Program-made: the position numbers and the translations under genes
NCBI GenBank assembly: GCA_054600435.1
Contig: BAAIJX010000052.1
Span: forward strand, 62,001-126,000
Origin: Neophaeotheca triangularis
Lineage: Eukaryota
Direction of reading: 5' to 3'
DNA: 64,000 nt
Part shown: positions 50,025 to 63,537 of the stretch, piece by piece
Layout of the letters: every line of letters begins with the position of its first letter
Position numbering within the stretch: the stretch's first letter is position 1
The notes under the pieces: model-generated
The model's database searches: none
The model's input: the letters and a program-made list of their open reading frames with translations, nothing else
What the model was told of the DNA's origin: nothing

Positions 50025-52491
50025 TCAGCGTCGCAAGCTACGTCTCCCTCCTGCTGAAGAAAGGAGCCCTCGAGACTCTCCTTCCGAAGGGGCGTCTGCT
50101 CGATTGGTCGTAGCAAGACTTCGACGGGGTGCGACACCTCTTACCCCCCGAATTTGCGAGAGTCGATCCGGCTCATGGTACTGGACTGGTACTTTGCGAG
50201 GTGTGACGCCGAGCAACGGCTTCGGTGCAAGTGCGTTGAGTTTGTCCTGGTACGTATTGAGCGGCCCTCTTGCGTATTGAGCTTGACTCCCCGCTAGGCG
50301 ACCATCTGGTGAGTAGAGCAGGCCATCACGCCTAATGTTACCCGGAGGTGCCATGTAATTACGATTCTGGCCCCTTTCTTGCAATTCTCCAGGTTGGTAA
50401 GCATATCCTTGTAGTCGGGACGGCTGTGTGGCATGGAGTGGCTGCTGTTCAGAGAACAAGCCCTGCTGGCTTTGCGCAAAGTTTGACGAATACGCGGTTG
50501 GGTTGTGAAATTGGCCCGGGGGACAACAATGCTCCATGGCTGGTACCGGCGTGTAGTCGGCAGTGCGAGGGTAGTCATGAGTCGCGGAGCGGTCAGGCAG
50601 ACTCAACACACTGCGCTTGAAGAAAGGACTCGCTAATGAGGTGTCTAACGTGTTTTTGGACGTTCGCGGTGTCATCGGCTGTCGCTGGCTGTATCCGTTG
50701 TACGGTACGGTACCAGAGAGCTGTCGGCGGTCAACTGGGGACGTGAACGACCTGGAGCGGTTTTCGTCGAATGGTACCGCGGCAGCACGCGAGAAGAGCG
50801 GGACCTCTGGATTTTGCGCCCATTGCGAGATTGAGACGTTAACATCTCGACTGGGACTGCCAAGTTGCTGTTCGTGCGCCGGCCACGCCCATGTGTCGTC
50901 TGCTTGCCCAACGCTTCCATCCGAGAACCGCGAATCCTGAGTCACGACAGGAATCTCCTGCCCGTGGTCAACACTTGCCGACGCAGGATGGAAGGCTCGT
51001 CGATCGACGTAGTGCCGACGGGGATCCTCATTTTCCTGTTGCGGGGGCTTCATGTTGACAGGAGGCATAGGATTCGTGAGTACAGCACGACCAACACTCT
51101 CACGATATGTATATGGGGAACGCCCGTTTTGGTTGTGGCTTTGACTATATCGATCACCAACCAGCGGAGCTCTGAGTGGTGGCATATCCACTGGCAGATC
51201 TCGCCGTTGCTTCATTTGGTGTCTCTGAGATTGTGATGACGCTTCCGGATGGTGGTCATCAAAGTCCTTCTTCGGTCTTATTGGCGCTGGCGGTGGCGGC
51301 ATCAAGTCTCGACTGCTTGAGCGATCCGAAGGCCTCGACCTTGCATGCTGCAAAGTGTTGGAGTGCTGGTCGTCTGCATACTTTCTCTTCTTGCGCCCTG
51401 AGGAAGAAGTCGCCTCCTGATCTAGGAAGGCGATTAGCTCGTGCGCCAGAAGGATAGCAACCGCTATACTCACCACCCGGCATGGTGGAGGAACTTCCTC
51501 TGCACTCACCTTGGTACGTGCTTCTAGATGCCTCGCGGACAGAACCTCTACCAGGCACTTCCTCCGTGGTCATGCCGTAGTTGCGAGAAGAGACTCTGTA
51601 TCCAAGAGCAGCCAGAGTTCCACGCAAAACTTCGAGCTCTCTGAGAATTGTTAGCTTGTGTTCAAGCAATGTTTTAACGGTAGTTCCAACTGACTCCGTC
51701 ATTTCTGTAACAATCTTGAGGTTGTGGTTGATCACGGGTATGCGCGCTTTCCACTTGGCCAGCTCTGCTGATACTTTGTCAAATTCTACCAGCCTAGCGT
51801 CTTGGTCCCGAACCGCCTTGTCAAGACTCCGCGCACGCTTGCGCTCCTTGGTGTATGCTTGCTCCATGGCGAGCTGCTTCTCCTCTGCTGCGTGCCAATG
51901 CTTCGTCACCCGGATGCCGTATCGTGCGAGGGTCAAGTATTGAAACTGCGGCTAGTGTTAGAAATGCACAAGCCTCGCGGTTTTATAGACACCTGAACTG
52001 ACGCGCATACAGTCCATGCCTCGGACATCCGAATCCAACACTGACGGCGGGCATTCAAGCCATGACGAAGGCAGCTGCTCATCGTATTCACCTTTAGCGA
52101 GACCACGGATACCGTATAGCTGCTTCGGGCTGCCATCGCCACTTTCCTTGCACTGTGGGCATGTGGCTTCCGGTAGCTTGTCTTTGGGGTGGAACGGTAT
52201 TGCTGGCGCCGTCAGCGATGGTCGGTTCAGCTTATCGCGGCTAAGGTGTTATCACTTACCGCCATTCTCGAGGTGTTTGCTGCATGTGACATGCGAGCAT
52301 TCGGAGATGAAGAGCTTGGTGACAATGCCATCCGCCCCGCCTGGCTTGCTATGAAAGCCGTAATTGCTCTCTTTCGTCGCGTAGACGTCGCGGATGGTGG
52401 CTTGGCAGATTCCGCAGCTGAAGACGATTTCGGGTAGAGAAAGACCGTCCTCTGTAGCACTCTGTTTGTCTGAGGATATCTCAACCGCCAT
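50025..52491 (-). CDS. RING + coiled-coil + disordered-tail protein of the Zip3/Cst9/RNF212 family (meiotic E3 ligase); 4 introns
   Basis: CGIC...CSHVTCSKH...CPQC ligand pattern as in yeast Zip3, a post-RING MRFQY motif, a coiled coil and an S/P/Q-rich tail. Confidence 0.7.
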
Positions 52492-52910
52492 AATGACCGT
52501 CCGGACAGAGGGTTGTAGGCATGAAGAATGTGGTAGGGATTGGAGGTCGAAGAGGTGATGTTCAGATAAAGTTCTAAACTTCTTGCAAATGCAGCAGGCA
52601 CTCTGGGAGGGCAAGCGCGCAGCATCGTCTGGATTTAGTCTCAAAAGACATCACGTGGATTGGCAATACCGAACCCAAGGACAGCGCCGCTGCGAGAGCA
52701 CCCAATGCCACTTATTCCATAGTCAGTACGCAAAACGCTCTCTACTTACACTTCTTGACGTGTCGTCCTCGTTATGTAACAGCGACAATCTACACCAATG
52801 GCGGCTTCTTGATACTTGGGCAACGGCAGGTACTTGCAGCTATTGCCCCGTGATCGTGAGGAACGTGTTTACATGTACAACGCCTTTGTTCCGTTCTATC
52901 AAGCGAATAC

Positions 52911-53627
52911 CTAAGCAAAAGACCTGCAAGGGTAGCTGGTGCTGGGAAGGTGTTAGCATATGATCCCTGGCCCATCAAAGATGCTGATAAGCATGCGAGC
53001 ACACACTTTGTTCCGTACGCCTGCTCCTTGAGCATCTCATATCTCTTCGGGCCCTTCGGTGCTAGACTCGCCGGCAGAGGCGGCAACCCAGTCGGTCCCA
53101 ATACACCCTTCGCAGCACCCGTCTCTTTCTGGAAGAAAGCGCTCAATCCCTTCTCACCCTCCTCCTTCACTGCCACCAGCTGCTTCTGCCCGGCATCTCC
53201 GATCTGTAGCACATCCTCCTTGGGTGCGGCGGCCGAACCCACACTCAGCAATCCGACAACGTCCGGCTGCTTTACAACGCTGAGCTTAGGGTAAGATCGT
53301 CGCACGTCGCGCTTCCAGTAGGGGTTCTCCGCGATGTCGCCGGACGGTACAGTGACGGGCTCGTCATAGAGGAGGGGATCGTTGCCGCCGGGTGGGGGGT
53401 TTCTGTACTGGGGGTTCATGGGGATACCAGTGGAGCGCTTAGGGTCGACTGCGAAGAAGTTGTTGATTCTCGCCCAAATACCAGTTGGTTGGACGGTGTA
53501 TTTCTTGAATCTGTTAGTTTGTCGCGGTCCAATGCTCCTGAGCAGTGAATGCGCTGCGCACCTTGAACTGCGCAGCCTTGCCAGCCGCAGAACCTGCGCT
53601 CTTCGAAATTCTGCCGGCAGATGCCAT
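52911..53627 (-). CDS. Complex I accessory subunit, 21.3 kDa (NUZM / NDUFA7-like); 2 introns
   Basis: KYTVQPTGIWARINNFFAVDPKRSTGIP...RNPPPG...DIAENPYWKRDVRRSYP...YPCRSFA. Confidence 0.9.
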
Positions 53628-53937
53628 AGTGCCTGAGTGCTGTCTGAGTGGAGATCTGTAGTATGTACGAGGGTGCTGTACTCGTCGACCACCAACTAAC
53701 CAGTACGAGCTGTTGCTGCTGCCGCCGGCTTCGAACTTCCCGCGAAGCTGACTAATCGCGACTTCCCTCGAGAGAGCCCACCTCGGAAACATTGAGGCAA
53801 TGCTTTAAATGTTCCAACTTGCCATAGAGATTCAAAATATCAGACCAAGTGCATGCGGGCCCGGCGTGAATATTAGAACCCTTGGACGCGTATTCAGCGG
53901 AACGAAGTCATTGGCGGCTCCTTGTTTCTGAGCCGCC

Positions 53938-54870
53938 ATGGTCGAAGACAACATGGCCTCTCGCTTGACCCAACATCGAGCTCTAGTCAGCCAACTAGGA
54001 ACCGCTCTCAAGAGCTTCCAGGATTCAAACGCAAAGTTCAGAGTACTGAAAACAGTCACCGGTCCTGGAGAGTTGCCTCGGGATCCATCACCCCCTAGCA
54101 AGAACCTCTCGCCCAAGACGCTATTCATCTTGGACTCATCGTTCAACCCGCCGCAGAGAGCCCATCTATCTCTCGCACTTTCTGCGCTGGCGAGCTCCTC
54201 AAGTCAACAGCGAGAAGCACCCCACCGTTTCCTGTTGCTCTTCAGCACCATGAACGCAGACAAAGCTCCATCGGCAGCATCGTTCGACCAAAGACTTACG
54301 CTAATGTCCATCTTTGCTGGCGACATGTTGGAGAGCTTCAGACAAAGTTTAGTCAACCAGCCACTGCCAGAGGTGGACATTGGGGTCACGACAGCTCCGT
54401 ACTACACGGACAAATCTGCAGCCATCGAGCAGGAAGGCTCAGAATGGTACCCGAGCAAACCAACACATGTTCATTTGCTAGGCTTCGATACCATCACCCG
54501 CTTTTTCGCGCCCAAGTATTATCCAAACTTCAACCCGCCTTTGTCGGCGCTGAATCCTTACTTCGACGCTGGCCATAGATTACGGGTGACCCTACGTCCG
54601 GATGACGATTTTGGCAACGAGGCAGAGCAGCGAGCTTTTGTCAAAAGGCTCGAGGATGGCGAGATGGAGGCTGATGGCGGTAAGCGGGGATGGGCGAAGC
54701 AAGTCGAGCTGGTGCCGCCTGGTAAGAACATCAGCAGTACCAAAGTGAGAAAGGCTGCCAAAATGGGTGATTGGGAGGAAGTAGAAGCCTTGTGCACGCC
54801 TGGCGTGGCTCATTGGGTGAGGAGTCAGCATCTTTACGAAGATGACGATCGAGGTGCCAAGATGGCATAG
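53938..54870 (+). CDS. POF1: Cytidylyltransferase-like nucleotidyltransferase (Pof1-like NMN adenylyltransferase)
   Basis: ILDSSFNPPQRAH, NADK, GFDTITRFFAPKYY and ISSTKVR. Confidence 0.85.
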   Translation: MVEDNMASRLTQHRALVSQLGTALKSFQDSNAKFRVLKTVTGPGELPRDPSPPSKNLSPKTLFILDSSFNPPQRAHLSLALSALASSSSQQREAPHRFLLLFSTMNADKAPSAASFDQRLTLMSIFAGDMLESFRQSLVNQPLPEVDIGVTTAPYYTDKSAAIEQEGSEWYPSKPTHVHLLGFDTITRFFAPKYYPNFNPPLSALNPYFDAGHRLRVTLRPDDDFGNEAEQRAFVKRLEDGEMEADGGKRGWAKQVELVPPGKNISSTKVRKAAKMGDWEEVEALCTPGVAHWVRSQHLYEDDDRGAKMA

Positions 54871-55017
54871 CAAATTCTAGTGACATTGATCTAATTCCAG
54901 GTTGCTGTATGAGTGAACAGTTGTGCAGCCAGCCCTTTCCCAAACCTTCTATACAGGCGCCCAGTCGCAATATGCTTTTGTACAGATATGTTACAGCTTG
55001 AGGGGGTCCTGTGCGTC

Positions 55018-55837
55018 TCACGGCGTCTTTGGTCTTCTCTTTCCAATGTTCCAACCCCAGCCCCTGAGCGTCTTGACCACCTTTGGGGTCACGGCAGCGG
55101 TCAGCGGCACCCGGATGAAGATGAAAGACTTGTGGATCGCGTATGCCAGTAGAAGTTGAGTTGTAAGATCTAGCCCCCATGTCAGTGACCTTGTGCAGTG
55201 ATTTCCGCATGTATAACAGCAACATACTCGCTTCCTCGCCGCGATTCCGCTCTTGCGCCGCTTCAACACCCCAGCCCTTGCCCTCTCTCGTAGCGGGATC
55301 GCTCACTGCCTCATCAATGACTTCCTTTGCCTGTTCCCTGCCCATCCTCGCGTTTGGAAAGGGCACCTCAACCAATCTCCAGAACATATCAATCACAGCC
55401 TTCTCCGCCTGTCCTATACGGTCCGTACCCAGCAGTCTGACGGCGAGAAAGCAAAAGGGGAAATCAAGGGCCGACAGCAGCAGATACACCCCCATCGCCG
55501 ACCATCCATACTCTCTCGACAATTTTCTGAAACGCTCGGAAAACGACAGCGACTTTGGGCTACCGAGGTTTGGAGTGACGTTGGGTTTGGGGCCTTGCGA
55601 GCTATTGTATCGGACGTTGCGGATGCGCCGAAGGATGGATGATTGCCATGTCGACCAGGCTTGGACTTGCGCTCGCATTCGAGATGTCCTCGAGTTCAAG
55701 GAGCTCTGCTGCCGGATTCCCCTGACTTGTCGCGCCGGCGAAAGCTTTTGGTATGCATGCTGCCGAGCACTTTGCCATATGGTGTCTCGGAGAGGCTGCT
55801 GTCGCAGGGCTTGGGTAATCCTCCCAGCCTGGAGCAT
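55018..55837 (-). CDS. Mitochondrial DUF1279 / FAM210 / Nat2-like membrane protein; intron 55227-55170
   Basis: Presequence, RKLSREYGWSAMGVYLLLSALDFPFCFLAVR and LAYAIHKSFIFIRVPLTAAVTPKVVKTLR. Confidence 0.9.
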
Positions 55838-58800
55838 TTCAGGTACGCTCAGGTGGGATAGCGGGTTGCGTTGTTCGTGCCACCCCTCGTCTGATGGATT
55901 AAAGATGTGCTTGCTTGGAACGTTTACTTCGGCTCATGTGGACGAGCAAACATTTCGGGAGCTGGGTGAGGTGTACCATGATGTTCCTGACGCCTCTCCC
56001 GGCTCTTCCCGAACGCGAGTCCGAGCATGGGGTTCTAAGAAGGCAGCAGTACTGTACTCACTACATAGCACATACTAATTTCCTGCAACAACAACTGCTC
56101 AACCTCTAACGCAACCTCGAGTCTCCTCCCGTATTGATATCACAATGCGACTCCTGGTAACTTCGCCTCGGTTTGCTAGACCTCAGCTCTACCGGACGCT
56201 CCAGGACCCACGGCGCGGAAAGGTGATTATTATCAGTACGCGTCTTTCGTCTCTTCCGAAGGTAAATCCGATGGCGGTGTATGTTGATCTTGACAGATCT
56301 ACCCCCTAAGGTCCTACTGCGGCCAAAAGGCCTACGTGGCGAGCTTCGCCATTATTACTGCTGAGTAGTGAGGAGTCCAATAAAGCCATCTCATGCCCCT
56401 ACAAGTGGCCCGACGGGACCCGAGATCTACTGGGTTTTTAGAGTTACTGAAGTGTCCGAGTTATAGGCTCGCAAGGGTTTATGATCAGCCTCCGACTTTG
56501 AACCCGGGCGTAGATTTCACCGCGCATCCATCCCAAGTCGCCACGCACGTCACCCCCCCTCCAAAAGTCCAAACATCGGCGATATGCCACATACAACACA
56601 TGTCAGACTACACTCCCACGCAGTAACATGGCAGGCCTAGAAGGTGACTGAAGCCTGCGACCGAACCATTGCCCCTCTAAGCATGACGGCGTGATATTCT
56701 TGCCTCGCGGCCTTGAGGGGTCGCGCGTTCAATCCTCCTCTTCTTTTGCGCGAATCCCGACAGCTGATACCTCGGGCGCCACACACTCATGTCGAGCCGT
56801 GTTGCGGATGGAAGTCTCTAGATCTGTTACTGATCTTCAATAGCTTCGAGAATCTTGAATCATCAGCTGTGCCGTTCTCGTTTCATCAGGAATGCTGACG
56901 GTTGGTTATGGACTCCCTGGCACTTTGAATGCTTAGTTCAAAAGCAGGATGGGACACATCTATGCATGCCTTTCCTGCAATGGCGGACTTCTTCATTCTG
57001 AATAGATCGGCCATGGAACATCGCGCCATATGTCGCAATGACGGCTGTCCCGGTATGAGTGGAGAGGAAACGCAGTCTGAGCTTTACCTCACGAGCCTTA
57101 ACGATCACTTCACGGCAGTTGATATAACGTGTTAGCCGCGATTCGTGCGCAGCGATACCAGGAGACCCTCTGGATGAGAACTCAGAATCCCACCTCGTCG
57201 AGGCTCTAGAAGTCGGGAGTCGGGACATTTCTGATGTCTTGCACATGACTCGGCTCACCGCCACAACTGCCATTAAAGCCAAAATGTCAAGCAGATCAGA
57301 AGTAGGGATCAGATAACGCGAGGTAGCAGTCCAGATGTCAGTCCAAACCGCATCGGGCCCACTCGTGATTACGATTGAACCCAAAAGACCTCGCGGAAAT
57401 TTATCCGGCGGAAGAGCTCAGGTTGCTTGTACAACGATCATCGTGTGTAGTAGGTGCTTGCGCCTCAGTAGCTTTTCACGTGGGTTTTGGGGGTCGTAAG
57501 ACTGATAAAATAAGAGTAAAAGAAGCGTGCGCGACAGGGAACTGGCAGCTATGCGGGGTGCCGCCTATCGGTCAAGCGGACACGTGACTCTGCGGCGGCA
57601 GCAATAGTAATAATAATAATTAATAATCAATGAACATGATCTGCCACGGGTCAGCAGGGGTTAAGTTCGGGCCCTAAAACCTGGTACAGTACTTCCCTCA
57701 CCGTTACGTTCCCGTTACCAGCTTGATAACTCACGCAGCTTCTTGGCACGGAGTCTGCCGAGTCCACCGGTGTGGATTGTTCGGCGAGGCGGCGTTTTAC
57801 TACTGCAGATAAAGCACGCTAATGCCAAGCGAGCAGGAAACACTCGCAAGGCTGCGGTGTACAGTACCATGTGGATAAAGAACAATACTGTAATGATAAG
57901 GAATGCAGAACGGGGTCGAGCGCGATGATCGCTTGTGGCGCAGACCCCCAGTAATACTACCTAGGTAACGATGCCTGAGGTGAGAGCGTGAGAGGAAGAA
58001 GTCTAAATAGAAACCCGTCCCCACCCTGCCATGTGCAAAGCTAATCAAGAACAAAGTTCAGCGTTTTGCCGTAGCTAAATTGACGACCCATTGTCATCCT
58101 TGAAGCAGCAACGACATGTAATCACTACTATTCTCGCTTGAACACTATAGTACCTACTACCGTACATGAACACTACTACTATTCCTGCTCGCCTCGGCAA
58201 GTCGACTGTGGAATGCATGCTTACAGGCACTGCGAAAACTCTCCGGTTCATTAGAGAGGATGTGATTGATGTAGGAGGTACTTATGCAACGAACATTACA
58301 GTAGTAGTATCATCCTATCTCGACCAACCAGCATCGGCTCTACCAACAAGCTTTCTGTTTCTGCTGGCTCTTGCCCTCCGCTTCGTCCCCTACTTTTGGA
58401 AGCGAGCAGCGGTAAAGCTGTCCACGCAGTCTTAGTTACTACTACTGTGGATCGCAAGCTCGACAGAGTTGTCTATAGCCCGCGTCTTGAAACTTCATCT
58501 TTAGTGTTTGAACTTTGGGCACTCTGCAGGTTGACGCCTCATCATCGACCGTCGGTGTGCTACTCGTGCTAACCCACCGGTCGACGTCTTGCGCGAGCTA
58601 CCCGCCTTTCAGCATAAATGCAAGTGACTTTCGGCTGCCGTGGAGGAGGGGGGGAGGTGGAGGAAATGGCATTCTGCGAGCTGGGTACACGGCCCCCGAT
58701 CGTACATAAATATCTGCACGCCTACTGACAGCTATGTGTCTCGCCTCATTCGCGATTGAACAAGTCCCTCCCCGATCCTCAGTACTCCACTCAAAGCCCC

Positions 58801-58848
58801 AGTACATCCCACGGATCGAGAAAGTGCCTCGTACTTTACACTCAAATA

Positions 58849-59244
58849 ATGGCGACCACCGAGTATCCCCTGGCTTCTTATCCAAGCCCTCCTTCCTCCC
58901 ACTATCTCGACAGCAGAAGGACATCCATCATCAGTTCCACAATGGGCGGCACCAACGGCAACGTCAGCGTCGATGGCATCGGCAACCTCGACTACCAACG
59001 AGCAGTTGATATCGCTCGTAACACTGAAGGAGACCTGGATCCTAGCATTTCTGAATACCTGGAACAGGCTCTGTCGACGATTTGGACCCGGATCGAGAAC
59101 CAACCCGAGAGCTACGTCTTGACAAAGGACGAGTTTGCCGTCTTCAACTTTTACCGCCAGCGGTTTATGGACTCGGAAGTGGCTGAGCGCGCCGTTGCGA
59201 GATACTGGACCAATACCTCAGAGTCAGGTGCATCAGGAGTTTAA
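58849..59244 (+). CDS. Small helical hypothetical protein (131 aa)
   Basis: Coding-like codon use and a globular-looking block LDYQRAVDIARNTEG...YLEQALSTIWTRIE...YVLTKDEFAVFNFYRQRF...AVARYW. The start codon choice is inferred. Confidence 0.78.
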   Translation: MATTEYPLASYPSPPSSHYLDSRRTSIISSTMGGTNGNVSVDGIGNLDYQRAVDIARNTEGDLDPSISEYLEQALSTIWTRIENQPESYVLTKDEFAVFNFYRQRFMDSEVAERAVARYWTNTSESGASGV

Positions 59245-61683
59245 CGACGGCATCCCGGAACGAAAGCCTGCACCGCGCTGTACGTTTTCTCGCTACGCGC
59301 TTGTTTTACATGGCAGGAACCGAGCTAACTTGCAGCGGTTGTGCAGCCGGACGTACATGAAACGCCAACCGAGTTGACACATCGATACCCTACTGGACGG
59401 ACCCAAATCGAATACAACCTTCTTGAGACGAATCACGAAGAACTTTCTCGTCATCTGGCTCGAGAACGCAGCACGCCTACTACGCATCAACGTCACGAGG
59501 AGCACTTGCATCTTTTCCTGCAGCAAATTGTTCATTTTGACATCATAGCGGTGTTTAGTCGAGGAGCTTGCTTCAGGAGGAACTCGATTTCAAGCATGCG
59601 GGGCCTGGTGGCATGCCTGCAAGGTACCTTGCTGACGCGGACGGAGGTTAGCCGAACCCGACATTGCATACCTAGGTACGGTTTGAGGGCAGAGGAAGGA
59701 GCCATCACACCTTATGCACGTCGGTCCCAACTATCCTACTACTCCTTGTCCCACTGCAAGCTAGCGATAACGAAGAACGACTTCTCTTGGCGTCAAGTGC
59801 GCCAGCACAACCATCCAAGCAGAAGTGGCTACCCCAAGGCCCGGTAGACCTCCCTCATGCCTCCTCCGCTCGTGCGATCCTCTCGAGGGAGTGTAGCAAC
59901 ATCGATCGATCCGACCGGAGGGAACCATCCACCAAACGCTCGTTTCTATTTCGTCGCACGACAAGTCGGGCCTATGGAAGTCTCTACCTTTGGCAATGAT
60001 GAGCTGGACATCGCATTAGCTTGATGCTGAGTGAAGTCACTGTCAAACGATACGAGACAAACTGGAGATGAAGAGAGCTTCATCGCGATGGCGAGCATCG
60101 TTCGGCTACCCTTTACAACACTCCACTCTCCTCCCGGGAAGCACAGTCGCTATAGATACTTCCAAGCCAACCCTTCTGCAGGCCATGGCTGGCTGTCCAC
60201 GTTCATGCTCTTTATGGTGCCAATCGGATCCCACGGCTCGGAGTGTTCCCTCGACAATGGACCGACCGCATGTTCCCCTCTTGCGCTCACCGCGAACCTG
60301 TCCTATTTGCTAGCGGTGCCCTCCATTCTCTCGGGGCTAGCAAAGTGGTATGAGAGGATTCGCAAGCATGACTGCAGCTGCTTCAGGTCACGCCACCACT
60401 TGCTCTTCGAGTCCGTCAAACTTTCCAAGGAGTCGCCGCCATACCTCAATGCATCGCAGCAAGGGAAGACATTGATACTTTTCGAGCCATGGCTTCTTGA
60501 CCGCTTGGCAGGGTAGGACGCCGTCGCATCTCTGTCATCTGTCACAATGGAAGGCTACTGGAGTTTTCGAACAGATGTGAAGGGGCGTTGCAACAGGAGT
60601 TACCGGAAAGTCACTTCGACACGAGAACCGATCGGAACTTCATGCATCCCTCTGTCAAAACTCCACCGAGTCGGGCTTTGTTGAGCCCCGGTACTCCCAC
60701 ACCTCCTCCACGACCTCATCAAGAATCTCCACACCCCAGGACGCGCCAGGTCGGTGTCACGCTTTGGCCAAGAAGACTTTACGCGTCTCAACCCCATCTT
60801 TCGCCAATAATCATACATAAATCATCAGCATGTTAGCCTATCAAACTCGCCACTGAAATCTTCATCAGCAGCGTGTCCTGAACGTTGGACAATTCGTCGC
60901 TTCCCTTCCACGTGCTTACTCACTCGTCACGACACGATGCACGCCCACACATCCACCGTCCACCCACCGCGCCAAGGGAAGCGGTCCAAGTTGACTCGAA
61001 GAGTTTACGCTACTGCTCGCTGTGCGTGATTCGCGTCTGCCGTCCACATGTGCCCTGCCTGCCTCGTCTCGCTGACGGGGCGAGGGCTGCAGGAGCTACA
61101 GCTGTAACAGCTCTCGGCGCATCTCGCGCGTCTTGTTTGCAATAATCATAATAACAATATCAAAACATTAATAATCCACACTACCTCATAACCTGTATGT
61201 ACTCTGCATGTGGTAAGGTAAGGTACTTTAGTTGCAAGGTGAACTCACTCGGCTACACGGTTACACGGTTCCACGGTTTTCCAGCTTATACCCAGGTAGG
61301 CTCGGACCATCATCACCAGCCACGGAAATAATAATGCGCTTGGATGGCATGGATGATCGAGCCTCCTCTTCCGCACTCGAGGGCCCGCGCAAATGGCTCG
61401 ACGTGGGTATACTTCCGAGGCTGATGAGATGAAACGCTTCGAAAGACACGTTTTGCTTTGCCAAGAAGGGCACTCACCTAATGTACCTTACTGTACTGTA
61501 CTGTATTCACTTGGCTGGGCGAGAGCGGAACGGGTTCCATTTGACAACTAGGTGTATAACTCTTATAAGCGCAGCTAGGTGAACTTTCGACAAGCCACGT
61601 GCACTGTGCAGCAAGCCTGCAGGGGGTTCGCTGGCAATGCATATAATAATGCATTATTATTATCATCATTATTGTTCTCCTTA

Positions 61684-61699
61684 CCCCCCCCCCCCCCCC
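61684..61699. repeat. C16 homopolymer (G16 on the minus strand)
   Basis: Seen directly in the sequence. Confidence 0.9.
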
Positions 61700-63537
61700 A
61701 CAACTTGTGATTTGTGTGACATGAAGGTGATTAACCACGCATGCCGACGGAGCGCTTTGCCGGTACCCGATCGAGCGAGCCGTCTCGGCTCTTTTGTAGA
61801 TCGAAGCTAAAAGGACCGCACGCCGCACGCCGTCTGGCTCCCGTTGTTGTTGTCGAGTCTTGTGTAAGGTGACTACGGTACCTAAGGTAGGTAACTTGGG
61901 TGGTCGGTCGGTCGCTGGCACGTGGGACGTGGGATGGGGGATGAGGGTTGCACTGCATTCGCGCTCTGCCCTATCCTTTGTTATTCTGCCTGCCTGGACA
62001 ACGAGCGCCACTACCGACTGCGGCGATCCGAATGGCCACCGGAAGCTGGCGAGGATGGTGGGGGGATCGAACTCAATGATGATAATGCAGGTGTAGGTGC
62101 TAGTGGGTGGGCATCCAACCCGGCACGTTTTGCCATTCCGCTAGGCCACCAGGTCCAAGCTGATAATTATTATTATTACAAGTTGTAATAATAAAATCGG
62201 CAGCGCACGTGGGCCATGACTGACCGCAAGAGTGGCGGCATCCGGAGCTGATGAGAGTTATACCTACCCAACTCTACAGGAGAGAGTTGCGTCAAAGCAA
62301 AGTCAAAAAGCCAAACCTTACAGCAGTTCAGCCTGCGGACGTATAGCGACGCACGCGACCTGACGCTCACCGAGGCAGGCGGCTCTACAAAAGCCTTGTA
62401 ATCATAGGTAAAACGGCACTCGACGCATCATGTTGGCAAGGAGAATCAATACTCCACCAGTAGCAGTGAAAGACAGAACTGACGGGCACTTTTTACACTT
62501 TTTCCCTTTCCCAAAACATCCCTCCCGCTTTTTCATCAGCGTTTGCCAGCAGGCGAGGAGGGGGAGGTGAGGCCAGCGATCCACCCAATCGACCCCCGGC
62601 ACTGCGGTCGCCACCCGTCGACGCTTTAATGATAAAAGGTAGTGCTAAGGTAATAATGACATGCGCGGCAGTCGGCTCGTTCGCTACCTCCCGCTTTCAA
62701 TGCATAATCAACAATAAACAAACGACCCGGTGTACGGCGTGAAAGTATAATAAATCAGCCACCACACGATTCATGTTCGACGTGATGGTGAATCCTGAAT
62801 CCTGAACCCATCCTGATATAGGCAGACTCGCTCGAAGCTTTCCAGTCTTCGGCCACTCCGAGAGAAAGTCTCTCGAGTAGTCTAGCAAAACTTAACACTG
62901 CCCACATGCCTGCAGTTGGAGTTTACAAATTGTGCAGATGTGGGCTCCGCCTACCTAGGTAGTTTGACCGGCGTGTCGGGTCGCTGGTCTTTTACAGCTT
63001 GGCAGGGAGGTACTAGTAGTTGTAGTAGTAGGTACCTCCCTGGTGTCCACACTAACTACTACTACTACTACATACAGGACCATCAGCATGGGTTGGCGAA
63101 TCAGCTAATTCGATCTGCGTGGCCGCAGTAATGCGTGTGCTCTGTCCTTGGTATCGGGGGGCAGGCTTGTAGACTCGCAGGTGTCCCCTGAGTCAGGGCG
63201 GCAGCGTTCCTGTCACCGACTCACCGTCTCCCCGCCGGGGAGAAACATGGGTCGGAAATCTTATCAAGCATATTTCCGACGCGGGCACGGGCACGGGCGA
63301 AAAAAGGCAAGTCTTCACGCCGTCCAGAACTAGGTACTGGCTTTCACCGCAAATAATTATTGCCAGGCTCGAAGAAGGTGGTCTCAACTTTCTTTCGCCT
63401 CGTCCTTGCCCGAGATGAGTTTGGTGTTACCCACAGCCTATGTAGGTAAGCCTGGACAGCCTCGTTGGCTGGGGGAAAGAGGAAGTCACTATGGCATCAA
63501 TGATCATCACCCTTCGGGCGCCCACAATGCATTGTTA

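Noticed and set aside
56900..57400. 148-aa antisense ORF and short + strand ORFs
   Set aside because: No coherent reading frame or domain.
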